From an uncultured Candidatus Saccharibacteria bacterium (lineage in GTDB: Bacteria > Patescibacteriota > Minisyncoccia > UBA6257 > 2-01-FULL-56-20), in contig CAZAFA010000001.1 in assembly GCA_964484655.1 (NCBI GenBank), positions 164,742-228,741 on the forward strand: 64,000 nt of DNA, in the 5' to 3' direction. Under the pieces are notes generated by a model. That model made no database searches. It was not told where the DNA came from and worked only from the letters and a program-made list of their open reading frames with translations. A program made the translations under genes and the position numbers. This document shows positions 50,863 to 59,372 of the stretch, one piece after another. Numbering within the stretch: position 1 is the first letter of the stretch; each line of letters starts with the position of its first letter.

Positions 50863-50891
50863 TTGACGACGGCATCCCCCGCCCCTAGGAT
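50863..50891 (+). promoter_or_regulatory. Sigma70-type promoter driving the putative ncRNA
   Basis: TTGACG (50863-68), 17 nt, TAGGAT (50886-91); predicted +1 near 50898. Confidence 0.7.
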
Positions 50892-50898
50892 GAGGGCA

Positions 50899-51267
50899 GT
50901 TGATTTGGAACGGCCTGAACGGCCACTCGGGAAGATCGGCGAAAGCCGCGAAGAGTGAGCCTGGAAGGTTCCGTTATCGATCAAGGATCGACCTCGCAGG
51001 GTTCGCCCTGCATCCCTGGCTCCTCGGAGTCCACGGAGAGGCCGGTAACCTCGATGACGGCAGGCGCTTGATCGCCTGAAATAGGAAAGATTACAGAGGG
51101 CAAGTCCTCGGAACAGGAGCTGCGCAATGCAGCCACCGTGTCCGGTACGGACCCAAGTTGCGGCGGCAACGGGCGCGAGCCTCGTGCTCGCAAAGGAAGG
51201 CCGGCTCGTCCGGCAAACCAAACCCGGTGCGACGCACCAACACCTCACTCACCAGAAACAGATCAAC
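50899..51267 (+). ncRNA. Putative ~370-nt structured non-coding RNA of unrecognised family
   Basis: No credible ORF; promoter and terminator bracket it; 5'/3' closing helix; ~12 hairpins including GAAA and UUCG tetraloops; long-range helices. Confidence 0.7.
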
Positions 51268-51273
51268 CAAAGT

Positions 51274-51294
51274 GGCGGCCCAATGCGGGCCGCC
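51274..51294 (+). terminator. Intrinsic terminator after the putative ncRNA
   Basis: GGCGGCCC-AATGC-GGGCCGCC followed by TATTTCGTT. Confidence 0.7.
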
Positions 51295-51317
51295 TATTTC
51301 GTTGTCGAGCCCGCAGA

Positions 51318-51950
51318 CTAGGACTCAAACTCTCGACAAACTTCCCTCGTGAACTCCCCCACGCGCGTCCTAGTCAGTCCAGCCAAATATGACCCTGCGC
51401 TCAGTACCTCGCCTAGATCACGCGCTAGCGAGCGGATATAGACACCCGGTCCCGTCACATACCGGACCTGCGCTTCTGGCCAGGAGTAGTCGAGGACCTC
51501 GGCCTCGAATACCGTCACCTCGCGCGGCTCCATCGCCACTTCCTTCCCCTGCCGCGCGAGATCGTACGCACGCTTCCCGGCGACATGAACTGCCGAGAAC
51601 GCTGGCGGCACCTGCATCTGTTTCCCTACCTGCCGCGAGACCGCTTCTTCTATTTGCTCGCGCGTCGGAACCGAGACGACCTCGCGCTCGGTTATCGGAC
51701 CCTCGGCATCGTCCGTGGCGCTCGTCGCGCCGAAGCGGATCTTCGCGACGTACTCCTTGTCCGCGCCCACCGCCTCGTGGAGCTTCTTCGTGGCTTCCCT
51801 CCCGACTGCCACCACGAGTATCCCCTCCGCGAGCGGGTCCAGCGTCCCGGCGTGGCCTACCTTCTCGCCCTTGTTCGCGCGACGGATCGCGCCCAGCGTC
51901 CTGAACGAGCTTACGCCTTTCGGCTTCCAGATCGCGAACGTCTCAGCCAT
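51318..51950 (-). CDS. truB: tRNA pseudouridine(55) synthase (catalytic domain only)
   Basis: KPKG.SS, KVGHAGTLDPLA.G, K.Y, G.YIRSLARDLG, L.RTRVG.F. Confidence 0.92.
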   Translation of the reverse strand: MAETFAIWKPKGVSSFRTLGAIRRANKGEKVGHAGTLDPLAEGILVVAVGREATKKLHEAVGADKEYVAKIRFGATSATDDAEGPITEREVVSVPTREQIEEAVSRQVGKQMQVPPAFSAVHVAGKRAYDLARQGKEVAMEPREVTVFEAEVLDYSWPEAQVRYVTGPGVYIRSLARDLGEVLSAGSYLAGLTRTRVGEFTREVCREFES

Positions 51951-52710
51951 GTACGCGTGCAGCCTCGATGCACAGGAACAGCGGGAACTCCGCGCGGGCG
52001 CGGTTCTCAGCCTCGGCGCGCGGTCCCGGCTCGCTCCGCCGGTTGCTCGTCCACTCCTCGAGACGGACGATGCCGAGCCCGGTCTTGCTCAGGGCCTTCG
52101 CGTAATACTGAAGCGGACGGTGGAACGAGAGCGTGTACCGGTCCGGGTCCGAACCGGGATGCGTCTGGATCCGCTCGCGCAGCTCGGAGAGGTACCGGTC
52201 CTCGCGGCGGTACTGCACGGAGCCGTCCGGCGACCAGTCCCAGTCGCTGTGCTTCGGGATGCGGAACGCCGGGTGGTTGAGGACGATGACGAGCCTCCCG
52301 TCCTCCTTGAGCACGCGGGATGCCTCGCGAATCGCGGCGGCCGCGTCCTCGATGTTCTGCAGCGCGAGCACGATCGTCGCGCGATCGAAGGAGGCGTCCG
52401 GGACGCCGCGCAGGTCGGCGGCGTCGCCGACGCGGTACTCCGGACCGCCCTTCGCCTCGCGCGCGATCTTGATCAGGTCCGATCCCGCGTCGATGCCGAG
52501 CACCTCAGCGCCTTCCTTGGCGAAGGCGCGCGAGAAGTACCCCTGCCCGCAGGCGATGTCGATGAGATGCATCCCCGGCTGCGGCGCCACGATGCGCAGC
52601 AGGTTCGGGAGGATCACCTCCTCCTGGTACGTGCCGGGCTTGCCGAGCAGGTCGTCGTACCAGGCCGCGTCGCGGCCCCACGAGGTCTCCTTAGGTCCTG
52701 GCTTGGGCAT
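51943..52710 (-). CDS. Class I SAM-dependent methyltransferase
   Basis: LIDIACGQG motif I; RVLK.DG.LV. Confidence 0.85.
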   Translation of the reverse strand: MPKPGPKETSWGRDAAWYDDLLGKPGTYQEEVILPNLLRIVAPQPGMHLIDIACGQGYFSRAFAKEGAEVLGIDAGSDLIKIAREAKGGPEYRVGDAADLRGVPDASFDRATIVLALQNIEDAAAAIREASRVLKEDGRLVIVLNHPAFRIPKHSDWDWSPDGSVQYRREDRYLSELRERIQTHPGSDPDRYTLSFHRPLQYYAKALSKTGLGIVRLEEWTSNRRSEPGPRAEAENRARAEFPLFLCIEAARVHG

Positions 52711-53653
52711 GTTCCAAAGCTACCGCACGGAACTCCGCTGCGGAATCGCACGTCATGAGACGCTCGCGGATCTCGCTGGCTCCTTCGAAGCCGTGCACGA
52801 GGCCCTTCACGTGCTTCCTGAGCACCGAGAGCGAGCGGAACTCCCCGTACCGGGCCTCGAAGCGGTCCGCGAGGTCGGCCAGAACCAGGAGCCGCTCCCC
52901 GAGCGGCACGTCCGCGGTCTCGCGGTCCGGATCGAAGAACCAGAAGTTGCCGAATATCGCGCGGCCCACCATCGCGCCGTCGCAGCCGGATTCCCGGACG
53001 CGGCGGACGCCGTCCGCATAGCTCTCGACGTCGCCGTTGCCGATGAAGGTCACGCCCTTCTCCCGCACCGCGGGCGCGAGGTCGCGGATGCGGTCCCACT
53101 TCGCCGGCACCTTTGAGAGCTCCTTCACCGTGCGCGCATGGAGCGTGATGGCGCGCACGCCGCTACCGGCAAGCGCCGGGATCCAGTCGTCGGCGACGTC
53201 GCGGTCGAAGCCGAGCCGCGTCTTCACCGAGACCGGCAGTCCGCCCGCGCCTTCGATCGTCGCGGCGACGAGGTCCAGGATCCGCTGCCAGTCCTTGAGG
53301 AGCGCACCGCCCTTGCCGTTCTTGACCACCGTCCGGTCCGGGCAGCCGGTATTGAGGTCCACGCCAGCGAACCCCAGCTCCTTGGCGAGCGCGGCCGCAT
53401 CGCGGAACTTCTCCGGGTCGTCGCCCCAGATCTGCACCGCGATGCGCTCCTCGCCCACGTAGCGCTGCAAATAGCGGCGGACGATCTTCTCCCGCGACTT
53501 CGGATGCGCGAGCCCGTCCACCGAGGTGAACTCGGTGAACATCAGGTCCGGCTCCCCGCAGGCGGCCACCGTCTCGCGGAAGGCGGCGTCGGTGACCTCG
53601 TGGAGCGGGGCCAGGAGCATGAGCGGGCGGTCCTTCGGCTGCCAGATATCCAT
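52691..53653 (-). CDS. tRNA-dihydrouridine synthase (Dus family)
   Basis: LAPL..VTD, DLNTGCP, VSVKTRLG, HART, GNGDV, MVGRA..GN. Confidence 0.9.
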   Translation of the reverse strand: MDIWQPKDRPLMLLAPLHEVTDAAFRETVAACGEPDLMFTEFTSVDGLAHPKSREKIVRRYLQRYVGEERIAVQIWGDDPEKFRDAAALAKELGFAGVDLNTGCPDRTVVKNGKGGALLKDWQRILDLVAATIEGAGGLPVSVKTRLGFDRDVADDWIPALAGSGVRAITLHARTVKELSKVPAKWDRIRDLAPAVREKGVTFIGNGDVESYADGVRRVRESGCDGAMVGRAIFGNFWFFDPDRETADVPLGERLLVLADLADRFEARYGEFRSLSVLRKHVKGLVHGFEGASEIRERLMTCDSAAEFRAVALEHAQART

Positions 53654-53743
53654 GCCCCTACCCTAGCGTCAGGTTCGCGCCCTTGCCAGGAGCCGCGCTC
53701 CCGGATTTACTGTCGGCGCGACGATCCTTGAGAAAAGGAGCAT

Positions 53744-54136
53744 ATGCCTATGAAGGGAAGCAGAGCCGGGCTCGCACAGAAGCTCGGGGTGCCCGAGCGC
53801 GCGCTCGAGGTGATATGGGACGGGGCGGAGACCGACGCCGCGGAGATCAAGGAGCTGATAGACCGCTGCGGCTGCAACAAGTCGGTCTGCGGCGCGCTGC
53901 TGGAACGCTGGTTCAAGCTGTGCACGGACACGGACTCGTTCTTCCGGTTCTACGGCGAGATCTCCCGCAACTCGGGGCTCAAGCCGGTCTATTTCGACCG
54001 CTGGTGCGACATGCACCTGGTCATGACGGACATCGAGACGCTCGTACGGCTCGCGCAGCGGGCCCCGTTCGGCTCGAGGAGCCAGGACCGCATCCTGAAA
54101 CGACTGCAAGTGCTGGCCGACGCAGCGGCCACATGA
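53744..54136 (+). CDS. Hypothetical protein (130 aa)
   Basis: SD AAGGAG; TTGCCA-17nt-TTTACT upstream; terminator downstream. Confidence 0.6.
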   Translation: MPMKGSRAGLAQKLGVPERALEVIWDGAETDAAEIKELIDRCGCNKSVCGALLERWFKLCTDTDSFFRFYGEISRNSGLKPVYFDRWCDMHLVMTDIETLVRLAQRAPFGSRSQDRILKRLQVLADAAAT

Positions 54137-54138
54137 CG

Positions 54139-54164
54139 AAAGGGGAGGCTACGGCCTCCCCTTT
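54139..54164. terminator. Bidirectional intrinsic terminator
   Basis: AAAGGGGAGGC-TACG-GCCTCCCCTTT. Confidence 0.75.
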
Positions 54165-54171
54165 TCCGCGC

Positions 54172-55578
54172 CTAGAACCTCTGCACGAGCAGGAGGTTGG
54201 TCGTGCCCGGCTCGTTGAAAGGCAGGCCGGCGCTGATCAGGAACGGGTCCCCCTTCTTCAGCTGGACCGGGCTCTCCTCGCGTATCCACTGCCGCGCAGC
54301 CTCGATAGCGCCTTCGAGGCTGTGTAAGCGCTTCGAATGGCGCGCGTGCACGCCCCAGGAGAGCTGCAGGGCGCGGACGGTATCAAGGCTCGGCGAAAGC
54401 GCGAGGATCGGCTGCTGCGGCTTGTGCCGCGATATGGCGCGCGCCGTGCTGCCGGTCTCCGTGAAGACCACGATGAGCTTCGCGCCGATGTCATCCGCCG
54501 TCTCCACGACTGACGCAGAGACGGATCCGGACACCGAGGAGTCGTCGAAGCCGCGCGGCAGGATATCGCTGCTGGCCTCGTGCGCGATGGCGTGCATCGT
54601 CGCGACGGACTCGACCGGAAAGCGACCCGAAGCGGTCTCGCCCGAGAGCATGACCGCGTCGGTCCCGTCGAGGATGGCGTTGGCGACGTCGCTGACCTCG
54701 GCGCGCGTCGGCACCGGATTCTGCGTCATGGACTCGAGCATCTGCGTCGCCGTGATCACCGGCTTCCGCGCGTCGAGCGCGAGGTCGATGAGCTGCTTCT
54801 GCACGTGCGGCAGGCGCGGGAGCGGTACCGCGAAGCCGAGGTCCCCGCGCGCCACCATGAGCGCGTCCGCCGCCGCGAGGATTTCCTCGGCGTTGTCCAC
54901 GCCGCTCTGCGTCTCGATCTTCGCGACCAGGAGCGGGCGCTTCTCCTGCGGGAGCATCCTGGCGACCTGCCTGACGTCCCGCGCGGACTGCACGAACGAG
55001 AGGGCGAGCGCGTCAATCCCGGCCGGCACGAGCGCCGCCAGATGCTTCTTGTCGCGCGCCGTGAGCGCGAAGCGCATCACGGGCATGTTGTGCGCGACGA
55101 AACCCTTGCGTGAGCGGATGATGCCGCCGATACGCACCACGGCCACGGCGCGCTGCGCGCCGGGCGTGACGACCTCGAGCTGGATGTCGCCGTCCCCTAT
55201 GTACACCAGGGATCCCTTCTGCAGCGCGGGCACGATCTCCGGGCGGTCCACGCAGATCCTCTTCGCGTCGCCGACCAGTGCCTTGGCATGGATCTCGATC
55301 CGGTCTCCCGGATGCACGAGCGCGCCGTCCGCCATCTGCCCGATGCGGATCTTCGGCCCGCCGAGGTCGCCGAGCACCAGCAGCGGGATCCCGGTCCTCT
55401 TCTCCGCAGCGCGGACGAGCGCGAGCCGCTCGAGCGCCTCCTCGGGCGTCGCGTGCGACAGGTTGATGCGGAACACGCGCGCTCCCGCGAGCGCGAGCTT
55501 CCGCACGGCGTCGGCGTTGGCGGACGCCGGCCCGAGCGTCGCGACGATCTTCACCGGGCTGGATGCCTTACGAGGCAT
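54172..55578 (-). CDS. pyk: Pyruvate kinase
   Basis: KIVATLGPAS, GPKIR, AKIE, MVARGDLG, ATQMLESM, DAVMLSGETA. Confidence 0.96.
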   Translation of the reverse strand: MPRKASSPVKIVATLGPASANADAVRKLALAGARVFRINLSHATPEEALERLALVRAAEKRTGIPLLVLGDLGGPKIRIGQMADGALVHPGDRIEIHAKALVGDAKRICVDRPEIVPALQKGSLVYIGDGDIQLEVVTPGAQRAVAVVRIGGIIRSRKGFVAHNMPVMRFALTARDKKHLAALVPAGIDALALSFVQSARDVRQVARMLPQEKRPLLVAKIETQSGVDNAEEILAAADALMVARGDLGFAVPLPRLPHVQKQLIDLALDARKPVITATQMLESMTQNPVPTRAEVSDVANAILDGTDAVMLSGETASGRFPVESVATMHAIAHEASSDILPRGFDDSSVSGSVSASVVETADDIGAKLIVVFTETGSTARAISRHKPQQPILALSPSLDTVRALQLSWGVHARHSKRLHSLEGAIEAARQWIREESPVQLKKGDPFLISAGLPFNEPGTTNLLLVQRF

Positions 55579-55798
55579 CCTCCAGCTGCGATGTGACCTC
55601 CTCGAACTCGTTCTCCACCTGACGGAGCCGCGTCCGGAGCTCCTTCACGAGCTCGGCTCCGCGGCGCACGCGTACCAGCCCCTCCTCGAGGTCGGCTGAT
55701 TCCTGCTCCTCGAACCAGCGGACGGTCTCCTCGAGCTCTGCGAGCAGGTCGCCGAGCGCGCGCTCGTCCTGGGGCTTATCGGTCTTCTTCGCGGGCAT
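55568..55798 (-). CDS. xseB: Exodeoxyribonuclease VII small subunit
   Basis: L.ELE..V..FE.....DLEE.L.....G..L pattern; next to xseA. Confidence 0.85.
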   Translation of the reverse strand: MPAKKTDKPQDERALGDLLAELEETVRWFEEQESADLEEGLVRVRRGAELVKELRTRLRQVENEFEEVTSQLEDAS

Positions 55799-56999
55799 CG
55801 GTGACGGTTGCCTCGATCGTACCATCGGCGAGGCGTGCGTGCATGCGGCTGCCAATGGGCAGCGCGCGCACGGAACGGACGGCCTTCCCGTCCCCGCCGC
55901 AGATCACCGCGTACCCGAGACGGAGCATGCGTCCCGGGTCGACGAGCTCCAGGTCCCGCTCCCAGGCGGCAATCAGGTCCTGCGCGCGCCTGAGCGCGGC
56001 GCCGAACCTGATGCGCGCTTCCGCGAAGCGTCGCTCCGGCGCCTCGACGATCTCCGCGAGCGCGCCGCGCAGGGCGAGGCTGTCCCGGGCGATCCGCTCG
56101 CGGACGCGGTGCACGAGCACGTGGCTGCGGCCGCGCAGGCGCTCCGCGCCACGCAGGAGCCGCTCGTCGGCGGCGAACCAGGAGCGATTCACCTCGAGCG
56201 CCGCGATGCTCGGCGTGGACGTAGAGAGGTCAGCGGCGAGGTTCGCGATGGGCACGTCGCGGTCATGGCCGATCGCAGCGATGACGGGCACCGGGATCGC
56301 TGCGATGGAGCGCGCCACCTCCTCGTTGTTGAAGGCCTGCAGGTCCTCGAGCGAACCGCCGCCGCGCATGACCACGAGCACGTCGATGCTCTCCGCGTTC
56401 GCGCGGAACCAGCGGAGCGCCTTGAGGATGCTCGGCACCGCGTGCATGCCCTCGACGCGCGCGTCGTGCATGCGGATGCGGTACCCGCGCCGGTCCAGGT
56501 TGCGCCGGAAGTCGTCGATGACGGCGCCCTGCCGGCTCGTGACGATGCCGATACGCTTCGCGCAGAGCGGGATCGGCAGCGCGCGATCGAAGAGACCCTC
56601 GGCCTGGAGGTCGCGCTTGAGCTTCTCGTAGGCAGCGCGGAGCGCGCCCTCGCCCACGGCTTGCACGGCCTCGACCTGGAAGGAGAAGCTCCCCTTCCGC
56701 GGGGCGACGCGCGGCACGCCGCCGACGCGGATCTCGCTGCCCTGGACGACCAGATGCCCGAACATGCGCAGGCGCATCGCCGGGATGAAGCAGCCGAGGA
56801 CGCCCTCGGCGCCCGTGCTGTCCTTGAGCGAGAAGTACGTCCCGAACGGGTACGACCGCACCTCGGTGACCTCGCCCTGCACGATGCCGCCGAGCTCCTC
56901 AAGCGCGCCGTTGAGCGTCCGCAGGTACGCGGAGACCGGCACCGCCACATCGACCGGTCCCGGCCCGTCCTCGTACTCGATGACGTAATCGTCCTCCAT
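55776..56999 (-). CDS. xseA: Exodeoxyribonuclease VII large subunit
   Basis: YFSLKD, L.AEGLFD, RGGGSLEDL..FN.E, AIGH..D, TPS. Confidence 0.93.
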   Translation of the reverse strand: MEDDYVIEYEDGPGPVDVAVPVSAYLRTLNGALEELGGIVQGEVTEVRSYPFGTYFSLKDSTGAEGVLGCFIPAMRLRMFGHLVVQGSEIRVGGVPRVAPRKGSFSFQVEAVQAVGEGALRAAYEKLKRDLQAEGLFDRALPIPLCAKRIGIVTSRQGAVIDDFRRNLDRRGYRIRMHDARVEGMHAVPSILKALRWFRANAESIDVLVVMRGGGSLEDLQAFNNEEVARSIAAIPVPVIAAIGHDRDVPIANLAADLSTSTPSIAALEVNRSWFAADERLLRGAERLRGRSHVLVHRVRERIARDSLALRGALAEIVEAPERRFAEARIRFGAALRRAQDLIAAWERDLELVDPGRMLRLGYAVICGGDGKAVRSVRALPIGSRMHARLADGTIEATVTDAREEDR

Positions 57000-57015
57000 G
57001 GCCCCGAGTATACCG

Positions 57016-58179
57016 CTACGCGCGCAGGCGCTTCGGCAGCCGCGCGCGGAACTCCGCGAGCTTCCCGTCGCGGATCGCCTGGCGCATCTCCGCCATGAAG
57101 ACGTTGAAGAACCAGATGTTGTGCAACGTCACCAGGCGCGGCGCCTCCGGATCCTTCGCGAGGAAGCGCTCCTTGACGGCCGCCTTGGTGGCGCCAGACC
57201 CGCAAGCTGGGCAGCGGCACCCTTTCTCGAGCGGCTCGTGCCGGTCGAGCATCGCGCCGCGCGTGACGTCGTAGTAGCCGGCGTGCGTCCAGACACGGCC
57301 GTGCCTGCCCTCGCGCGTAGGGATGACGCAGTCGAAGGTATCGATGCCGCCCAGGACGCCGTCGACGAGGTCGTCGAGCTCGCCCACGCCGAACAGGTGC
57401 CGCGGCCGGTCGTTCGGGAGGTGGTCGGTCGCCCAGCGAATCATGCTCGAGGTCTCCGCCTTCGTGCCGCCGTACGCGTCGCCGTACGTGCCGCCTATGG
57501 CGTACCCGTCGAACGGAAGCACGCCGAGCGTCTTCGCGGAGTAGCGCCGCAACTCCTCGTACGCGCCGCCCTGCACCACGGCGTAGAGCGCCTGGCGCTC
57601 GTTACGGGCCGCGAGCGCGCGCAGGGCCCAGGCGTGTGTGCGCCGCACGGACTCCCTGGTGTAGGCCTCGTCATGGAAGGGCGCCGAGGGCTCGTCGAGC
57701 GCCACCGCGATGTCAGCGCCGAGCTGCTCCTGGATGCGCAGGGAGAGTTCCGGGTCGAGATACTGCTCCGCCCCGCCGTAATCCGGGTCCTGGAAGGTCA
57801 CGCCGCCTTCCTCGACGCGCACGACGCCGGTGACGTCGCTCTCCTGGCCGCCGCGGCGCAGGCCCTGGTCGCGGAGCGTCCCGAGGCTGAAGACCTGGAA
57901 GCCGCCCGAGTCGGTCATGGTCACGCCGTTCCATCCAAGCGCCTCGTTGAGACCCGGGAACTCATTGAGCTCGTCGCCGAGGCTCTGCCAGAGGTGGTAC
58001 GTGTTCGAGATCACCATCTGCGTGTTGGTCGTCGCGAGGTCGCCCGACTCGAGCGCGCGAACGGACGCCTTCGTCGCGACGATGACGTAGCCCGGCGTCT
58101 CGACGATGCCGTGCGGGGTCTCCATCACGCCCGTCCGGGCGCGGCTGTCCGGGTCTGCCCCGGTAATCTCGAACCGCAT
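57016..58179 (-). CDS. tgt: tRNA-guanine transglycosylase
   Basis: NTYHL, TDSGGFQVFSL, VQGG, DCVIPTR, CRCPAC...HN zinc site. Confidence 0.92.
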   Translation of the reverse strand: MRFEITGADPDSRARTGVMETPHGIVETPGYVIVATKASVRALESGDLATTNTQMVISNTYHLWQSLGDELNEFPGLNEALGWNGVTMTDSGGFQVFSLGTLRDQGLRRGGQESDVTGVVRVEEGGVTFQDPDYGGAEQYLDPELSLRIQEQLGADIAVALDEPSAPFHDEAYTRESVRRTHAWALRALAARNERQALYAVVQGGAYEELRRYSAKTLGVLPFDGYAIGGTYGDAYGGTKAETSSMIRWATDHLPNDRPRHLFGVGELDDLVDGVLGGIDTFDCVIPTREGRHGRVWTHAGYYDVTRGAMLDRHEPLEKGCRCPACGSGATKAAVKERFLAKDPEAPRLVTLHNIWFFNVFMAEMRQAIRDGKLAEFRARLPKRLRA

Positions 58180-58826
58180 CAGACCTCGGCGAGCTCCGGG
58201 CCGAGCACGCAATACGCAATTTCGCGCTCCTTCGCATACGCCTCGAACTGCGCGTCGCCGTTCGCGCGGAAGCCGTCGATCAGGAACCCGTCATGGACCG
58301 GGAACGCGACCTCGGGCTTGAGACGATCGAGAAGCGTCGCCAGGTGCGGACGCGTGCCCCAGGGCGCTGCGGTCGGGAGCGCGAGGACGCGCGTACCCGC
58401 CCAGGCGTCGAGCGCGACGGACGTGCTGTCGCCAGTGACGACGAGCTCGCCGCTGATGCGGAACGCGGCGTTCTGCGGCACCGGGCCGAGCACCGGGTCG
58501 TGACCGGCTATCAGTACCCCGACCTGCGTGCCGAGAATCTCAAAATCCGCGAAGCCGTGGTCGGTTGCGCCGATGCCCTTCCCGCGCAGCAGGTCGACGA
58601 TATCGGAGCTCGCGTACACCGGAATGCCGGGATGCGCCGCGAGAGCCCACTGGAGCAGGTCCGGATCGAGATGGTCCGCGTGGCTGTGCGTGACGAGGAC
58701 GGCGTCGATACGGTCGCCGAGCGCCGCATCAGGTATCGCGCTCATGCTGCCCGGGTCCAGGAGCAGGCGCGTGCCAGCTCCCGTCTCCACGAGCAGGCAG
58801 CTGTGGCCGAACTTCGCGATCCGCAC
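58179..58826 (-). CDS. MBL-fold metallo-hydrolase
   Basis: GHSC, LDPG, THSHADH, GDS, PVHD. Confidence 0.88.
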   Translation of the reverse strand: MRIAKFGHSCLLVETGAGTRLLLDPGSMSAIPDAALGDRIDAVLVTHSHADHLDPDLLQWALAAHPGIPVYASSDIVDLLRGKGIGATDHGFADFEILGTQVGVLIAGHDPVLGPVPQNAAFRISGELVVTGDSTSVALDAWAGTRVLALPTAAPWGTRPHLATLLDRLKPEVAFPVHDGFLIDGFRANGDAQFEAYAKEREIAYCVLGPELAEV

Positions 58827-58828
58827 TC

Positions 58829-59329
58829 CTACTCGACGCCGAGGAGCTCGACCTCGAAGTGCAGCGTGCTGCCCGCCGGGATTGATCCCACGGCGCGGTC
58901 GCCGTACGCCAGGCTGGCGGGGATGACGAGCTTGCGGACGCCGCCGACCTTCATACCTACGACGCCAAGGTCCCAGCCGCGGATGACCTGGCCCGCGCCG
59001 AGCGGGAAGGTGAAGGGCGCGCCGCGGTCACGGGACGAGTCGAACTTGGTGCCGTCGTCGAGCGTGCCCACGTAGTGGACGCTGACGGTCTTGCCGGAGA
59101 CGGCTTCGGCGCCGGTGCCGACCTTCACGTCGGTCTTCTCGAGTCCTGCTGCGTTGGTGTCGTTCATGGTGGAAGGTGTGCTGGTGGGTGTGGAGGTCGC
59201 CGCGTTCTCTGGCAGCGGATCGAGCTCGATGCCGCTGCTGGCGGGCTTCATGTTGATCCGGACGATGACGGCGAGGAGCGCGACCCCGATGAGGATCATG
59301 GCCGCGAGGGCGAAACGTGATGCGTTCAT
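58829..59329 (-). CDS. FKBP-type peptidyl-prolyl isomerase with N-terminal membrane anchor
   Basis: VHYVG.L.DG.KFDSS, VI.GWD.G, IP..LAYG, L.FEVEL. Confidence 0.93.
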   Translation of the reverse strand: MNASRFALAAMILIGVALLAVIVRINMKPASSGIELDPLPENAATSTPTSTPSTMNDTNAAGLEKTDVKVGTGAEAVSGKTVSVHYVGTLDDGTKFDSSRDRGAPFTFPLGAGQVIRGWDLGVVGMKVGGVRKLVIPASLAYGDRAVGSIPAGSTLHFEVELLGVE

Positions 59330-59372
59330 AGGTTCGGTATTTGTGCCGCTAGAGCATAGCAGGGGCGGCCGC

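Noticed and set aside
50899-51267. Identification of the ncRNA as RNase P RNA, tmRNA, SRP RNA, CsrB-like sRNA or cobalamin riboswitch
   Set aside because: Only fragments resemble them (GGAAGGTTCC, ACAGAG, AAACCCGG, GCCACTCGGGAAG). There is no P4 pairing, no T-arm, G3-U70 or tag ORF, and no SRP loop. The GGA motifs are mostly not in hairpin loops, and no downstream same-strand gene exists to regulate. A covariance-model search is still needed.
50859-51392. Short ORFs called across the PAP2-truB gap
   Set aside because: No recognisable motifs or start signals and atypical composition; dense base-pairing explains the region better.
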